Shown here piece by piece: positions 27,031 through 40,688 of a DNA stretch of 64,000 nucleotides (its first letter is position 1; each line of letters begins with the position of its first letter). The stretch spans positions 137,516,001 to 137,580,000 of the forward strand of contig NC_042998.1 in the NCBI RefSeq assembly GCF_006345805.1, given 5' to 3'. The DNA is from Octopus sinensis (lineage: Eukaryota). The notes below the pieces were generated by a model. It had not been told where the DNA came from. It did no database searches and worked only from the letters and a program-made list of their open reading frames with translations. The position numbers and the translations under genes are program-made.

Positions 27031-29520
27031 GTCATCATCGTCATTTAACATCCACTTTCCATACTGGCATGGGTTGAACGGTTTGACCGAGGACTGGCAA
27101 GCCAGAAAGCTGTACCAGACCCCAATCTGATCTCACAAGGTTTCTACAGCTGGATGCCTTTCCTAACGCCAACCACTCCGAGCGTAGCGGGTGTTTTTAA
27201 GTGCCACAAGCACGAGGGCCAGTCAGGCAGTACTGGCATCGATCATGCTTGAATGGTGCTTTTTATGTGTCACCAGCACAGAAGCAAGTCATGCGGCACT
27301 GGCAACGACTACGCTCCCATGATACTTTTTACGTGTCACAGTTCCCTGTCAGGCGGTACTGGCATTGGCCACGATAGTGACTTCACTTGACTCAACAGGT
27401 TTTTACAAGCACAGTTTATTGCCCAATGACTGAAAGGTACTCTTAAATGGACCAGTTATGCTGCACTGGAACTGGCCACAGTTATGGTCTCACTTGGCTT
27501 GCCAGGTCTTCTCAAGCATAGCATATCTCCAAAGGCCTCGGTCACTCGTCATTATCTCCGTGAGGCCCAATGTTCGAAGGACGTGCTTCACCACCTCATC
27601 CCAAGTCCCTTCTACTGCAAGGGTGTGACATTTTTTCATACATACGTAACACATGACCTTACCAGCACAGTCATTTCTCTTGTACACTACATCTGATGCT
27701 TCTGATGTCCAACTTTTCTCTCAGGACACTTACACTCTCTCATGTATGCACAATGGCATTACACATCCAGCAGAGCAGACTAGCTTCATTTCTTGCAAGC
27801 TTACGCATGTCCTCAGCAGTCATGGCCCATGTTTCACTGCCATGTAGCATGGCTGTTTGCACACATACAGTCTACCTTTTACTCTGAGCAAGAGGCCCTT
27901 TGTCACCAACAGAGGCAGGAGCTCTCTGAACTTTGCCCAGGCTATTCTTATTCTAGCAGCTACACTCTCAGAGCATCCACCCCCGCTACTGACTTGGTCA
28001 CCTAGGTAACAGAAGCTGCGGTGATTCCTAATGGGCCAGGGACTTTCCCTGTCTTATAGCCTTAATTGTTTTATCTACCAAGGTACTGTCAATTCAGATA
28101 GCTGGTCCCTCTATGGGGTCGACATTCGGCAGGCTATCTTTCTCCACTTCATTCTCTCCATTTAGCAACCTTTCATAGTGGCATCTCCAAGTCTCTCTCT
28201 TTGCAGCCTCATTAAATGTAAGTGGGCCATCATCCATGCGGAAACAGTTCTCTCCTATGACATTACGATTCCCACTCACACACTGTCTTGCAACATGAAA
28301 CACTTCAAGTCTTTGGTCCTCACAATGCAGAACATTGGCAAATTTTTTTTCTTATCTGTTTCTCCTCTGGCTATGTAAACTTGTCTCCTAGCTTCCCTTC
28401 TAGCAATCTTATATAATTCCCTGCTACCACCGTTCTTCCAGGCCTGCCATGCCTGTTTCTTTTCCCTAATGGCCTTGTCAACTACATTGTTTTACCACCT
28501 CATTACCTTGGGTTGAGAGGGACTTTGCACCATCCATAGATCTGGTCAGAAGCCCTCAAAAGGTTATCCCATAGGAACCTCCAGTTGTCTTCCACATCAA
28601 GTGATGTTATATCCTCCTCTATTTTGTCAAAAGTTTCGAGTAGTACGTCTCTAAATTTTCGTCCATTCACAGGACCCTTAAGCTTCCAGTTCCTTCCTTT
28701 CCTCGCTGGTCGTTTTCTGGGCATCCATTTAGCCCTGATTCTGAAGTCGCTAACTACTAACCTATGTTGTGAGGTACATTCTTCCCTGGGAAGGTTTTGG
28801 CATTTATAAGCAGCCATCTTTCCCATATCCTGGAGAGGATGTAGTCAATTTGACTAGTGTATCCACCAGACCAGTAGGTGAATAGGTGACTGGCAAGTTT
28901 CCTGAAGTTAGTATTACAAACCATAAGATCATTTGTATCACAGAACTCCAGCAGCCTGATTCCCTCCTCATTGCAGGAACCAAAACCAGTCACCATGTAT
29001 GTCATGGAAGCCCCTTGCATGTTGTCCAACATGCCCATTGAAGTTGCCAGCCACAAAGTGAAGATCCCTGTCATTCGTCGACGAGGTAGTCTGCAAGAAG
29101 GTATCATAAAATCGATTTTTCAGTTCATCAGGTAGCCCTGGCTGGCGAGCATAAGCCGAGATAATGGTTGCTAATCCATGCTGCAGCACTAATCTAAGCT
29201 TAAGTATTCTACCACAGACTGACTACCTTGATTAGCTTAACCCATTTCTCCACAAGAAGTATACTCATGCCCCCGACCCCGTCAGTGTATCCTACCCAGA
29301 AAATCTTATACCTATGTTCTTTGCTTGTGAGGAACCTAGCAGAACTTCCTCTCTACCTTACTTTTTGGAAGCAGCACAAATCTACCCATCTCTGTTCAAG
29401 CATCTCAACAATCTCACCAGACCTACCTTTCAATGTGCCAACATTAAGTGTGCCAAATTTGAGAGTGTGGGCCCATAAGACCTTGGGATAGGGGACACCA
29501 GTGTCATGTACCTGAAAAGA
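27031..29520 (-). mobile_element. RTE-clade LINE, decayed, RT core deleted near 28020
   Basis: APE motifs GTLNVGTLKGR, ISAYARQPG, VAGNFNGHVG, SQIDYIL, SQHRLVV; the RT N-terminus GKVPGP is joined directly to the CYLGDQV region; (GAT)n tail. Confidence 0.9.
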
Positions 29521-30839
29521 AAGCTCACATTTGGCAGAACTTATAAACATACAATAGCCTTCAACCTGAAGATGCTACACCATTTTATGTGCTACATAAT
29601 CACTACATTGCATAGAAGAATAACCCTAAGTAGGGATGGGGGAGTATTAAGTCTTTGGAGGTGTTCAGGGAAAAGACATCTGATAGAGGTCAATGGATGA
29701 AGACTTTCGGTACAGGTGGTGGGGGTGGGAAGGGTGGGAGCACTGCAAAACAGCAAAAACTCAGCCTGCCAGTGTGAAGGAATAGTAGTAATAATAAGAT
29801 AGAATTGAGTATTTGCATTCTTAACTAGAGCTATAACCAAACTGACAAAATTAGATAAATGAATGAATAAATGACAATAATAAATGAGCATGAAAAACAC
29901 ACAAATACACGCACACACACAACGGGCTTCTTTCAGTTTCCATCTACCAGATCCACTCACAAGGCTTTGGTCAGCCCAAGGCTATAAGAAGACACTTGCC
30001 CAAGGTACCACGCAGCCACTCTCATCAACATCGTTGTTGCTGTTTTAATGTCATCTTTTCCAGCTTACATGGGTAGGATGAAATTCATTGAAGCAGACTT
30101 TCTATGGCCAGATACTCTCCCTGTCAGCAGCCTACACCTGTTTCTTACAAGGTAATATTTCCCCATGACCAGACTTATTTTCAAAGAAGATTGGAAATAA
30201 ATAATACTGTTCGTGTAACAGTGATACTCATAACACCATGTTGAGATAAGGGGACACTAATGTACCCTGCCCATACACACACACACACACATGGTGGGCT
30301 TCCTTCAGTTTCCATTCACAATGCTTTGATCAGTCTAAAGCTATAGTAAGCAAATCTTGCTGCAGGTGCCAGGCAATGAAACCACCCAATTGGGAAGCAA
30401 ACCTCTTGAGCTCCCACCCATGCCCATGCTTATGGATATGAATGAAAAGAAAACTTAAAATTGACAAGCTCTATAAGCTAAAAATGGTGAGTTCAAGTCA
30501 TGCTTTGTCTGAAGAAATTACTTTGTCTTATCCTGACAGAACCTGAAGTGGTTCTGAATGTGGGTTACATGTGAGCCAATTTCATGATATTTATCAAACA
30601 CAGACTTCCAGTAACAGTTGTGAACCTCCCTCATCCACAAAGAATTTCCACCATTAATAATGATGGGGGCTGTGAGTTGCTTCAACAGCAATATTTACAA
30701 GTGAAAATGGTATAAAATTACTTAATGGCATAAATTTTCAGAAGAAAACTATTGCACTGTTCATTATCAGGTACTGATAATAAATTTTTTTAATATTTTT
30801 AGTTGCAATTAAAAACATTGATAAATCACTTAAAATATA

Positions 30840-31030
30840 CTAGCACTATGACCCAGCATTGCCGGGTCATAGTGCTAGTGCACGCATATACAGCTGCGTG
30901 CGTGTGCACATACACGCGAGTACTGTCCAAATTTCTGACCAATCACATACAGCTAGCTGGCATTCAATTGGTGTATCAAGTTTCGGGCAGGACACACACG
31001 CAGACATTTTGCCATTTATATATATAGAGA
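30840..31030 (-). mobile_element. Short non-autonomous Helitron
   Basis: Minus strand starts TC, ends CTAG, sits between A and T, no TSD; 3' hairpin is a perfect 16-bp stem at 30839-30879. Confidence 0.7.
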
Positions 31031-31679
31031 TGAAATGTTTTGAATGATTTTCAAAACATAAAATATTTTTTCTTTAGCCCTTTTGTTACCATATTTCTAT
31101 TGAAATACACTGCTTTCGTTTCAATTCATCTTCAAAACAAAGAAGAATTTAGTGGAATACCTGTAATTATTAATCTGATGTTTTGAAATTCAGTAGCATG
31201 AAATAATGCTGGAAGGTTTTAATTTAGGCCACTTTAAAATAGGAAGTTTTCATCATAGGATCAAGGATCTTGGTATTTGTATCAAAAAGGTCAGATTCTT
31301 TAATGTCATTGAGACAAATTACTCAGTACGTTTTGTCATTAATGAAAAATTGATACTAACTTTGCTTTTGTGCCTTCACAGGCTTTAGTCATTAGCAGTT
31401 GCCATTAGTTGACACTAACTCCAATGTGAGGCCGAGGCATGAATTATAACAGTACATAATATCATGCATATATGCCATGATCACCTCCCTGATAGCAAGA
31501 GAATTCTATCTTTTTTTTTTTTCTTACAAGCTAGAACTTTTGTCATTACTCAGTTTACTTCCCAATTCAAGCCTTTGCTTCCATATTGGAATTTCTTTGC
31601 TATTCAACAAATAAGCAATGAAAATCAGGTCATTTTCATGCAGGATTTGTCACAAATAGCTAGTCTCAAACTCTTCTAT

Positions 31680-32330
31680 GGCCTGTAGAACCACGATACA
31701 TAAGAGAAGACTCAGAACGGAGTCCTGATGAACACTTACTTGCATGTTAAATTCTCCACTGAACTCATTGCTCTCCCTTGACTTGTTCCATACAAAGATT
31801 TGGTTTGTGGCTCACAATAAAATGTCTCATAGAAAATTCCAGCAGTCCCTTACATTATAAGTCTATGTTCCCGAACTTACATCTGGCCAAGTAGTCTTTC
31901 GGCTCCTATACTATTCCATATTGTGTCCATGTCCATCTAGTTCTTATCCTGAAGCTATTGGTCTATAATGAGAGGTACAGTCTTCACCAAAGAAGGAATT
32001 GATATTCACAAACAATTGTCTATCCTGTTTCTTGATCAATATGAAGCCTATCTGGATTGTATGTTCACCAGAGCAATACCTGATCAAATGTTTAGCCAAT
32101 TTCCTGAAGCTAATATAGCAACTGGTTAAGCCACTTGCATACAAAACTCTAAGAGCCTTGATCCATCCTTATCCTTCATACCATATCCACAGCCTCTAGA
32201 TAAAGTAGAGAAGCAATAATGATATTGCCTAACATGTCAATTAATGTAACAATCCATGATGACAAGGGCACCACCATCAAATGTTATCAAAGTCATCTGC
32301 AAGAGACACTCATAGAAACAGACCTTTTGC
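31680..32330 (-). mobile_element. Highly decayed RTE-like endonuclease fragment
   Basis: QIGFILIK..DRQLFVNINSFFGEDCTSHYRPI parallels the QIDYIL...TFPGEECTSQHRLV segment of the 27-29 kb LINE. Confidence 0.55.
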
Positions 32331-33548
32331 TCATCTGTCAGTCTTGGTTTCAACACATGCAAAGCTGTTGTTGCAGTCCTAGTCGGTGTGGAGTTGTCAT
32401 CTTCCTGATGCTAATAATTTTTTAAGTGATTCTGCATCTTAATTTTAGTATGATGATGAAATGCATCATTTCACATCTGCCTTTCATGCTGCCATAGCTA
32501 GGATACTAAAAGTAAAACAAAGACAGTCAAATAAATCCTGAGTTCCAATTTGGAGCAAAGGACTGAAACCTACATCCAAAAACAATATTTTTCAATGTCG
32601 TGAAACCCAGCTAAACCAACCAATGAATTTGTAGATGATTTGCAAAGGTTTTATCAGTTGAGTTCACAAAGAAAATATTTCAGATAGAAATATGGTGATG
32701 AGATATCTCGGTAAATTTAATGTAAACCTATGCTTGTTAACTTAGAAGTATATTTGCTGCAAGAAACACATAAATTTTAGACATTGCACATATTACAAAA
32801 ACAAAGTAAATTTTGAAAATAAAAAAATAAGAGCATATATATGCATATCATCTTCAAACAATATTTTATAGACATTGACATTTAGCAATACATATACACA
32901 AAATTAAAGCTAAATAAATGTACAAGCTTCAAAAGCCAATAAACTTAAGTTAATTACATACATATTTGTCTGAGTCCCCCGCCCCCACCCCACCAGTAGA
33001 TAAAAACAAAATTTACATTGGAAAGCAGAAAAAGTACATGGTTTTTTAAGACACAAAGAGTGGGTGGGGAGAAAGAAAGAATACATCTTAATTGAAGTGT
33101 CAGAACAGTTGTTTTTCTGGGGTCTTTTTTTAATCTCCTAAACTCATTCCTAGATTTCAATATACAAAAAAGGTAATAAATAGAACAAGGATCAGTTCTA
33201 TTTTAACTTTCCTTTCTTTCTTTTGTTGGTTGAATCAGTTTTTTTTTTTCATTATATATAACAGAAACACACAGGAATATTCTATCAATACTAAATAACT
33301 GTCCTCTTCCTCCTCCTCCACCCCATCACCCCGCATTTAGACAGACAAAACTATATAACATTGGTTTGTAACGCAACATGATACAATCACAGTCCTTTGA
33401 CTCATCTTCTTCACCTTTTTGTTTAGTTTTCTTTTTCTTTTAGTTGCTCAAATATTGGATATGCTTCTGACTGATGAAGCAATGAGGCAGCAGAGGTTTA
33501 TTTAAAATAATTACAAAAAAAAACTGTATGTATATTTCTATGTATGTA

Positions 33549-33562
33549 TGTGTGTGTGTGTG

Positions 33563-33634
<72 letters not shown>
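33549..33634. repeat. Compound (TG)n(TA)n microsatellite in the probable REPS 3' UTR; other long ones at 6615, 6840, 33867, 35404, 43281, 44042, 58385
   Basis: Direct inspection. Confidence 0.95.
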
Positions 33635-33637
<3 letters not shown>

Positions 33638-33864
33638 GGATATAGGCGGTGCAAATAGGCAGTTCTTTACTAGCCATAAATAGCAGCACATTTGTAACAG
33701 TAGAACCAACCTCTATGACACCAGTTAAAGATTCAATCTCTATCAAGTCTAATGACAGTCAAGAGAGAAAGAGAGGAGATATTCAGAGGCAGAAACAAAA
33801 CCTGATTGAAATTAATCAAGTTTACAATATCTGTTCCATATATCATTTCTTTTGATGCTTGTAT

Positions 33865-33915
<51 letters not shown>

Positions 33916-34347
33916 CGATAATATTTTGCTACTTAAGTTAAATTTGTTTAAATGCAATACAGAAAAAAAATAGTGAGAAGAAGCAAGTGTTTTCATGGTA
34001 GTTATAATCCAATAGTTATCAACCATGTCCACCAGCAAATAAGGAGATCAGACCTGACTACAGGCAGTCGCTGCTGTTACTGCTAACAGACACAATGTTT
34101 TAGTAATTCTGCTTCAAGTAACTTACTGCCAACCATTAATTTACTGATATAATGAGAAGATTATTTTAAAACAAGAATTCTCAGTCCTTAGGTCCTTCCT
34201 TTGCTGAGTGGGGTTATCATCTTGGGCTTCCGAGCCATCTGCCCCATTCTCGGTAATTTCCCTGATGTGGTTGCTGTCTTTTTTCTTTTTCTTTTGGAAA
34301 TGGCTTTATTAATGCCAAGGGCTGCTGGTTCAGTAGCTGTATACTAG

Positions 34348-34519
34348 TCAGCTGTGGTAGGGCCTCAGGTGCTCCAGTTGGATTTCCAGCGCAATCCGCT
34401 GTTCCATCACCTCCTGGAGTTCCTGGTTCAGTTCGCTATTAACACGTTCTAGCATGGCATTCCTTTCTTTATGGGTACTAATTGCCATTTGGAGCTCTCG
34501 TTTATCCCGACTTGGTTGC
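34348..34519 (-). CDS. REPS1: REPS-family last coding exon: C-terminal RalBP1-binding coiled coil
   Basis: tctctctttag|G; RDKRELQMAISTHKERNAMLERVNSELNQELQEVMEQRIALEIQLEHLRPYHS* matches my recollection of the vertebrate REPS1 C-terminus ([51 protein letters not shown]). Confidence 0.92.
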
Positions 34520-35740
34520 CTAAAGAGAGAAGTAGTAACAATATAAGTCATTTTAAACAACAAATCCAAGACAATAACTATTCCATAACAAATTTATAGT
34601 TTAAGTCATCTCATGCAGGAATAAATCATTTCTGCACAAGAAAACATTTACTACAGCTTCTTTTTATTTAACATCCTTTCACTCCACAAAATTCTTAAAG
34701 AAAACTCACAATTGGTAATTGTAAATAATACCAAGTGTAGAAAGTTGAAATTTTTCTACAGACTAATCTATTGATTAATCAGTCATTTGCTTGTGGAAAG
34801 TCCTTGCAATCTAATGTATCACATAAGATTAGGATTACAAGAAATAATTACAAAAATTTCACATACAACATGTAAGGGAATAATTTTAAAAAGTTACCAT
34901 CACCATACACTGTCTTTCCATGCAGGCACAAGTTGGATAGGTTTTCACAATTCAAATTATTTGTTATTGGGAGCAACTGCTCTCATAGACAGATACTTGA
35001 TATGTTATCTTGATTTGGTTTGATTTCTATAGCTGGATGCCCTCCCTATTGTCAACCACTTGAGTGTACTCAGGGCATTTTTCTAATGGTACCAACCAAC
35101 ACTAGAGTAAAACCATGACAAGATAGGACAAAACAGACCTCACAACCCTACATTTCTCAGCTTGTTTGCCATCCACTCTACAGTATGTACTAGGTATGTC
35201 ACTAGATTTTGAAAATGTGGTTATTTAGTTAACAAGTTTACTAACAGCATTGTTTTAAAATACATTATATTCCCTTTTCAAGTAATTCAAAAGTAACAAC
35301 TCATTTTTTATTAAATTTGATTTTACGTTAAACTCTTCCTTTCTTCAGAATAATTACAGAAATCATGGTGGAAGTAGATTACATCCTTTACAATTTTTCC
35401 TTTTGTGTGTGTGTGTGTATGTGTGTGTGCATGTGTGTGTGCATGTGTGTGTGCATGTGTGTGTGCGTGTGCATGTGTGTGTGTGTGTGTAGATATCATC
35501 ATTATCATTTTAATGCCTTCTTTTCCATGCTTATATGGATCAGAGTTTATTAAGGCAGATTTTCTAGGGCTGGATACCCTTCATATCACCAAACCTCATC
35601 TGTTTCCAAGCAAGATAATATTTCCCTATTGCCAGACATGTTTTGCAGAATATTTGAAATGAATGACACTGTTTGTGTGACAGTGACACTCATTTACAGC
35701 CATCATACTAAGACAAGGAAGCACATACACACACATATAC

Positions 35741-36276
35741 TGTAGCGAGACCAATTTCTGCTATGGCATATTGAAGTCAACTAGTGTTTTATAGGCTCAG
35801 CATATTAATCTGTAATGATTGGTCGTCTTACTTATCATATGAGTTTGGAATATTGGTTGAGTCTTGTGCTTTGAATGGTTGACTAAAGCGTGAGATATGG
35901 ATTGAGGATCCAATTACATTGCACGTAATACATTGTCAAACAACTAATCTGAATCTGTGCTGGAGCCTACCTTCTGTCAATGTACATGTCTAACAAATCA
36001 ACTGTAAGCAGAAGGGGGTGAGCAATTTTCATGAAGGTGAGTCATGTTATTTTCCTGCCGTTATTCACCAGAATAAAATTAATGTAACAGAGCACATATA
36101 ACTAATGACGGCCAGAGCTTAATTATCCAAACAATGAATGAACTATTCAATCACATCAAAATTCATGATGTGTTCATTTCATCCACTAAGCTATTTAACA
36201 GCTGAATAAAGTCTCACTGTTGTTTTTTAAAGTTCGTTTCTTGTATCATTTCTACAAGTGAACACACAATGTTACA
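35741..36276 (+). mobile_element. Possible solo LTR inserted in a SINE-like repeat
   Basis: TGTAG... start, ...TTACA end, AATAAA at about 36205; no TSD found. Confidence 0.35.
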
Positions 36277-36589
36277 TAATGGAATGCAAAATTCCATAGT
36301 AAAACCAAGGGAGCCTTTATATCAACACTGTTAAAATACAATGTCTTTCAATGCAGGCATGAGTTGTCAAAATCCACATTATTCCTTATTCAGAGCTACT
36401 GCTCTCATAGACTGGTACACATGATGGGCTTCTACCAAATCCACTGACAAAGCTTTGGACAGCCTGGAGCAATAATAGAGAATTCATCCAAGATGGTGAC
36501 AGAAAGGGCATTCAACCAAAGAAAATCTACCTCAATGAATTCTGTCAAACCCATGCAAGCATGGAAAAGTAGATGTTAAAATTATATAT

Positions 36590-37772
36590 AACTCTGAAAG
36601 CGTATTTGCTAGAATAAGAATGAGCTGAGCAAAGTTCAGAGAGCTACTATCATTGTTGGTAACAAAGGGCCTCTCACTCAGAGAGAAAGGCAGTTCATAC
36701 AATGCCTGTGTACAAACAGCTATGCTACATGGTAATGAAACATGGGCTCTAACTGCAGAAGATATGCAAAGGCCGGAAAGAAATGAAACCAACATACTCT
36801 GCTCGATGGGTAAAGTCAGATGTAGGGTGCAAGAGAGAAGATTGTGCTGGTACAGTCATGTGATGCATATAATAGAGAATAGCTGCATGAAAAATATGCC
36901 AATCTCTAATTGTGGAGGGAATCCGTGGAAAGAGTTAACATGGGATGGCGTGTTGAAAAATGATCTGCAAATGTTGAACCTCAAAGAAATGACAAGGGAC
37001 CGAGACTTCTGATAATCTGCTGTGCTCAAGAAGACTTGTCAAGCAATATAAAATCATAGTCATCCATCCATACAGGCATGTCCTTTACAGCTATAGCCTG
37101 TCTTCCCCTCTCTCACATACATAATTTTGTCCTCTAGCAAAACTCCCCAACACCCCCACCAGGTCTCACCACTCTCCCTCACATGCCTATCTGCACACTT
37201 TCCATGCCTTTATATTATCTCTCATACTCACTTCCCAACCACTCGAGTTTCTCTTACCATCACTTGCTATCTATAATTATCTCCCCTTACACTCTTACAG
37301 AACATCTGTATCCCATCAGTACTACTTATACTCTCCCCCTTAGGTTTCCAGTGAGTAGACCTTTACTTGCTCTCTCTCTCACTCTCTCTCTCTCTCTCTG
37401 ACTTTCTAGTTCTCTCTCACCTCCCTTTGTTCCTTATCCTATAGGGTAACTGAGTATGTGTTTTGTAGTAAGGCAGCTATCCTTGTCCCTCTCACCTGGC
37501 ACATGGCCACATCTCTCATTTCCACTCCCCCTCTCAGCTGAGAGGTCCTTGTCTTTCTAGCTTGTTGGCAACCCAACAGATGCTGGCACCACATCAGAGG
37601 TACCCTTGCTGCTGCCACGTCAGAGGCACCCAGTACACTCTGTAAAGTAGTTGGGGTTAAGAAGGGCATCCAGCCATGCCAAAACAGACAACTGGAGCCT
37701 GGTATAGCTCTCCAGCTTGCCAGCTCCTGTCAAAGAGTTCAACCCATGGCAGCATGGAAAATAGATGATGAT
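36590..37772 (+). mobile_element. RTE LINE 3' fragment (antisense in the last REPS intron)
   Basis: KGLSLREKG..YNACVQTAMLHGNETW, VQERRLCWYSHV; shared 3' tail ending in (GAT)n. Confidence 0.85.
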
Positions 37773-37802
37773 GAGAATATATATTTGTACTGACAAACCT
37801 AC

Positions 37803-37867
37803 CTGCCATAGTAAGAAGACTTTTGCCGATCACTACTCATAACTTCTTCTTCAGGTTCTGGAAGCAC
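37803..37867 (-). CDS. REPS1: REPS-family micro-exon, 65 nt, phase 0/2 (VLPEPEEEVMSSDRQKSSYYG)
   Basis: gtgttttag|GT ... CAG|GTAGGT; terminal AG plus the G of the last exon gives Arg in frame. Confidence 0.82.
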
Positions 37868-38402
37868 CTAAAACACATACAAGATGATACTTTTAGGCAT
37901 CATCTATACATTTGGATTAAAAAAAAAAAATTTTAACAACAAGCATCAACTGAAACATTACCAACAATTTTAGTCTTAGGTGGGTTTTCAGAAAAATCTT
38001 TATGGTACTTATTTCCTTCAACATTCTCTTTGAAGTGTAGAACAGAGTTTTTTTTTCAATTTCTGTGCATAATTTCTAACTATAATTCACATTCACCAGC
38101 ATAAATATATAAATAAAAGATTATAAACTAATGTATTAAACTTGGATTGGAAATTCATACCCACGTATGACATTGTCTTGAATAGATAATCCAGCTTGTT
38201 GTATACACATTGACCCTTTTCATACCAAACCCACCTGAGACTGCCTTTGGCCCTATGATGAAACCATGCCATTTTAAAGTGATTAAATCTTTTTTAAATG
38301 TTCTCAGGAAACTTTGTTTTAATTTATGTTTCGAACAACAGCAAAGTTATTTTACCAAATTCTTTACTTAATGTTACAATATTATGTATTTTTTTATATT
38401 TT

Positions 38403-40047
38403 CAGGTGTGAAAGCAAGGATAAGAATCGAAAGGCCTTAGAGTCAACCTAGCTAAAACCAAAGTCTTAATAAGTAGGAAGGCAGACAAACCACAAATCCC
38501 TTCAGGTAGATGGCCCTGCTTGATCTTATAGAAACTCTATAAGATGTACCCAGTGTAAGCTATGGACACATAAGAGGTGCAGCAATATCAAAGGGAAGCT
38601 AACTGGGAAGATAGGTTTTGTATGTGGTAAATGCTCAGGTGCTATAAACAGAAAATGTGCAGAGAACAGCTTCTGTCACATTCCAGGGAGAACATCTAGA
38701 AGTAGTTGATAGCTTCTGTTACTTAGGGGACCAAGTCAGTAGCAGAGGTGGATGCTCTGAAAGTGTAGCTGCTAGAATAAGAATAGCCTAGGCAAAGTTC
38801 AGAAATCTCCTACCTCTGCTAGTGACAAAGGGCCTCTCACTCAGAGTAGAAGATAGACTGTATGATGCATGTGTGCAAACAGCCATGCTACATGGCAGTG
38901 AAACATGGGCCATGACTACTGAGGACATGCGTAAGCTTGCAAGGAATGAAGCCAGTATGCTGCACTGGATGTGTAATGTCAGTGTGCATACACGACAGAG
39001 TGTAGGCGCCCTGAGAGAAAAGTTGGATTTAAGAAGCATCAGATGTAGTGCGCAAGAGAGACAACTGCGCTGGTATGGTCATGAGTTGTGAATGAATGAG
39101 GACAGTTGTGTGACTTTTTATACCCTAGCAGTTGAGAGAACCTGTGGAAGAGGTAGACCTGGGATGAGGTGGTGAAGCACGACCTTCAAACATTGGGCCT
39201 TACCAAAGCAATGACTTGCAACCAGGACCTTTGGAGATATGCTGTGCTTGAGAAGACCCAACAAGCCAAGTGAGACCATAACCCATGGCCTATGCAAGTG
39301 GGTGTAACCAGCCCATTTATGAATACCCCTCATTCATTGGACAATAAACCTTGCTTGTGAAGACCTATTGAGGCAAGTGAAATCAAAATCAAAATTGATG
39401 ACGTGGCTGACGACAGTACCGCCTGATTGGCACTTTTGCCAGTGGAACGTTAAAAGCACATCTGAACGTGGGGTGTAACCAGTCCACTTATGAGTACCCC
39501 TCATTCATTGGACAATGAAATTTGCTTGTGAAGACCTATTCAGGCAAGTGTAAACAAACCAAAATCATTGACGTGGCTGATGACAGTACTGCTTGATTGG
39601 CACTTGTGCCAGTGGAAAGTTAAAAGCACATGCGAGTGTGATCATTGCCAGGGCCACAGATTGGCTCCCGTGCTGGTGACACATGAAAAGCACCATTCAA
39701 GCGTGGTCGTTGCCAGTGTTGCCCTGCCAGTGTGTACCAATGGCACGTGAAAAGCAACACTTGAGCGTAGTTGTTGCCAGTGCCACCAGACTTGTTCCCG
39801 TGCAGGTAGCACATAAAAACACCTTTTCAGCAGGGTCGTTGCCGGAACTGCCAGATGGCTCTCATGCCGATGGCACGTAAAAAGCACCCACTACATTGTC
39901 GGAGTGGTTGGCATTAGAAAGGGCATCCAGCTGTAGAAACTTTGCCAGATCAGATTGAGCCTGGTGCAGCCTCTGGTTCACCAGTCCTCGGCCAAACTGT
40001 CCAATCCATGCCAGCATAGAAAGCGGACGTTAAACGATGATGATGAT
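38403..40047 (+). mobile_element. RTE LINE 3' half with repeat-rich 3' UTR
   Basis: VDSFCYLGDQV, YDACVQTAMLHGSETW, QLRWYGH; (GAT)n tail. Confidence 0.88.
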
Positions 40048-40644
40048 GTTTGTGTCATTAATGTCACTGACTTTGATGAATGAATATCTGATGGGTGGGG
40101 GGCTACACTAATAATTACTTCCAGTCGCCATTATGACTAATGACCATCAATTTATTTTCACAGTCACACCAGAAGTGTGGATATAGAATTAATGATACAA
40201 AATATATATATACAGGTGTAAGCATGGCTGTGTAGTTAAGAGGTTCACTTCCCAACCATGTGGTTTTAGATTCAGTACTCTTGTGAAGCACCTTGGCAAG
40301 TATCTTCTACCATGTCCTGAGCAAACCAATGCCTTGTGAGCAAATTTGGTAAATGGAAACTATAAGGAAGCCTAACATATGTATATGTTTGTATGTGAGA
40401 GAAAAAGAGTGACAGAGAAAGACTGTGCAAGTGTCTGCATTTGTCACTCACTACTTAACTGGTGTTGGTTTGTCTATGTAACTTAGTAATTTGTCTAAAA
40501 AGACGGATAGAATAAGTACCAGACTTAAAACAAGTACTAAGGGGGATTTAATCTGATACTCCAGCATGGCCACAATCCAATGACTGAAACAAGTAAAAGA
40601 AAATGTGAGTATTCTTGATATGCTCAATATATTACAAAACTCAC

Positions 40645-40688
40645 CTTTGAAACTGAAGTACTACTGACAATTGAACTATCAACATTAT
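40645..40688 (-). CDS. REPS1: REPS-family micro-exon, 44 nt, phase 1/0 (DNVDSSIVSSTSVSK)
   Basis: acatttcag|AT ... AAG|GTGAGT; open and phase-compatible. Confidence 0.78.

Noticed and set aside
33440-35662. ORFs with YIYI/HTHT/CVCV runs here and elsewhere
   Set aside because: Translations of dinucleotide microsatellites
39407-39600. CTGACGA/CTGATGA in RTE UTR repeats (also isolated CTGATGA near 31725, 33470, 46319, 51075, 57456)
   Set aside because: No properly placed GAAA box or stems; expected by chance
39640-39890. CRISPR-like repeat array
   Set aside because: Degenerate tandem units within a LINE UTR, no unique spacers, eukaryotic context
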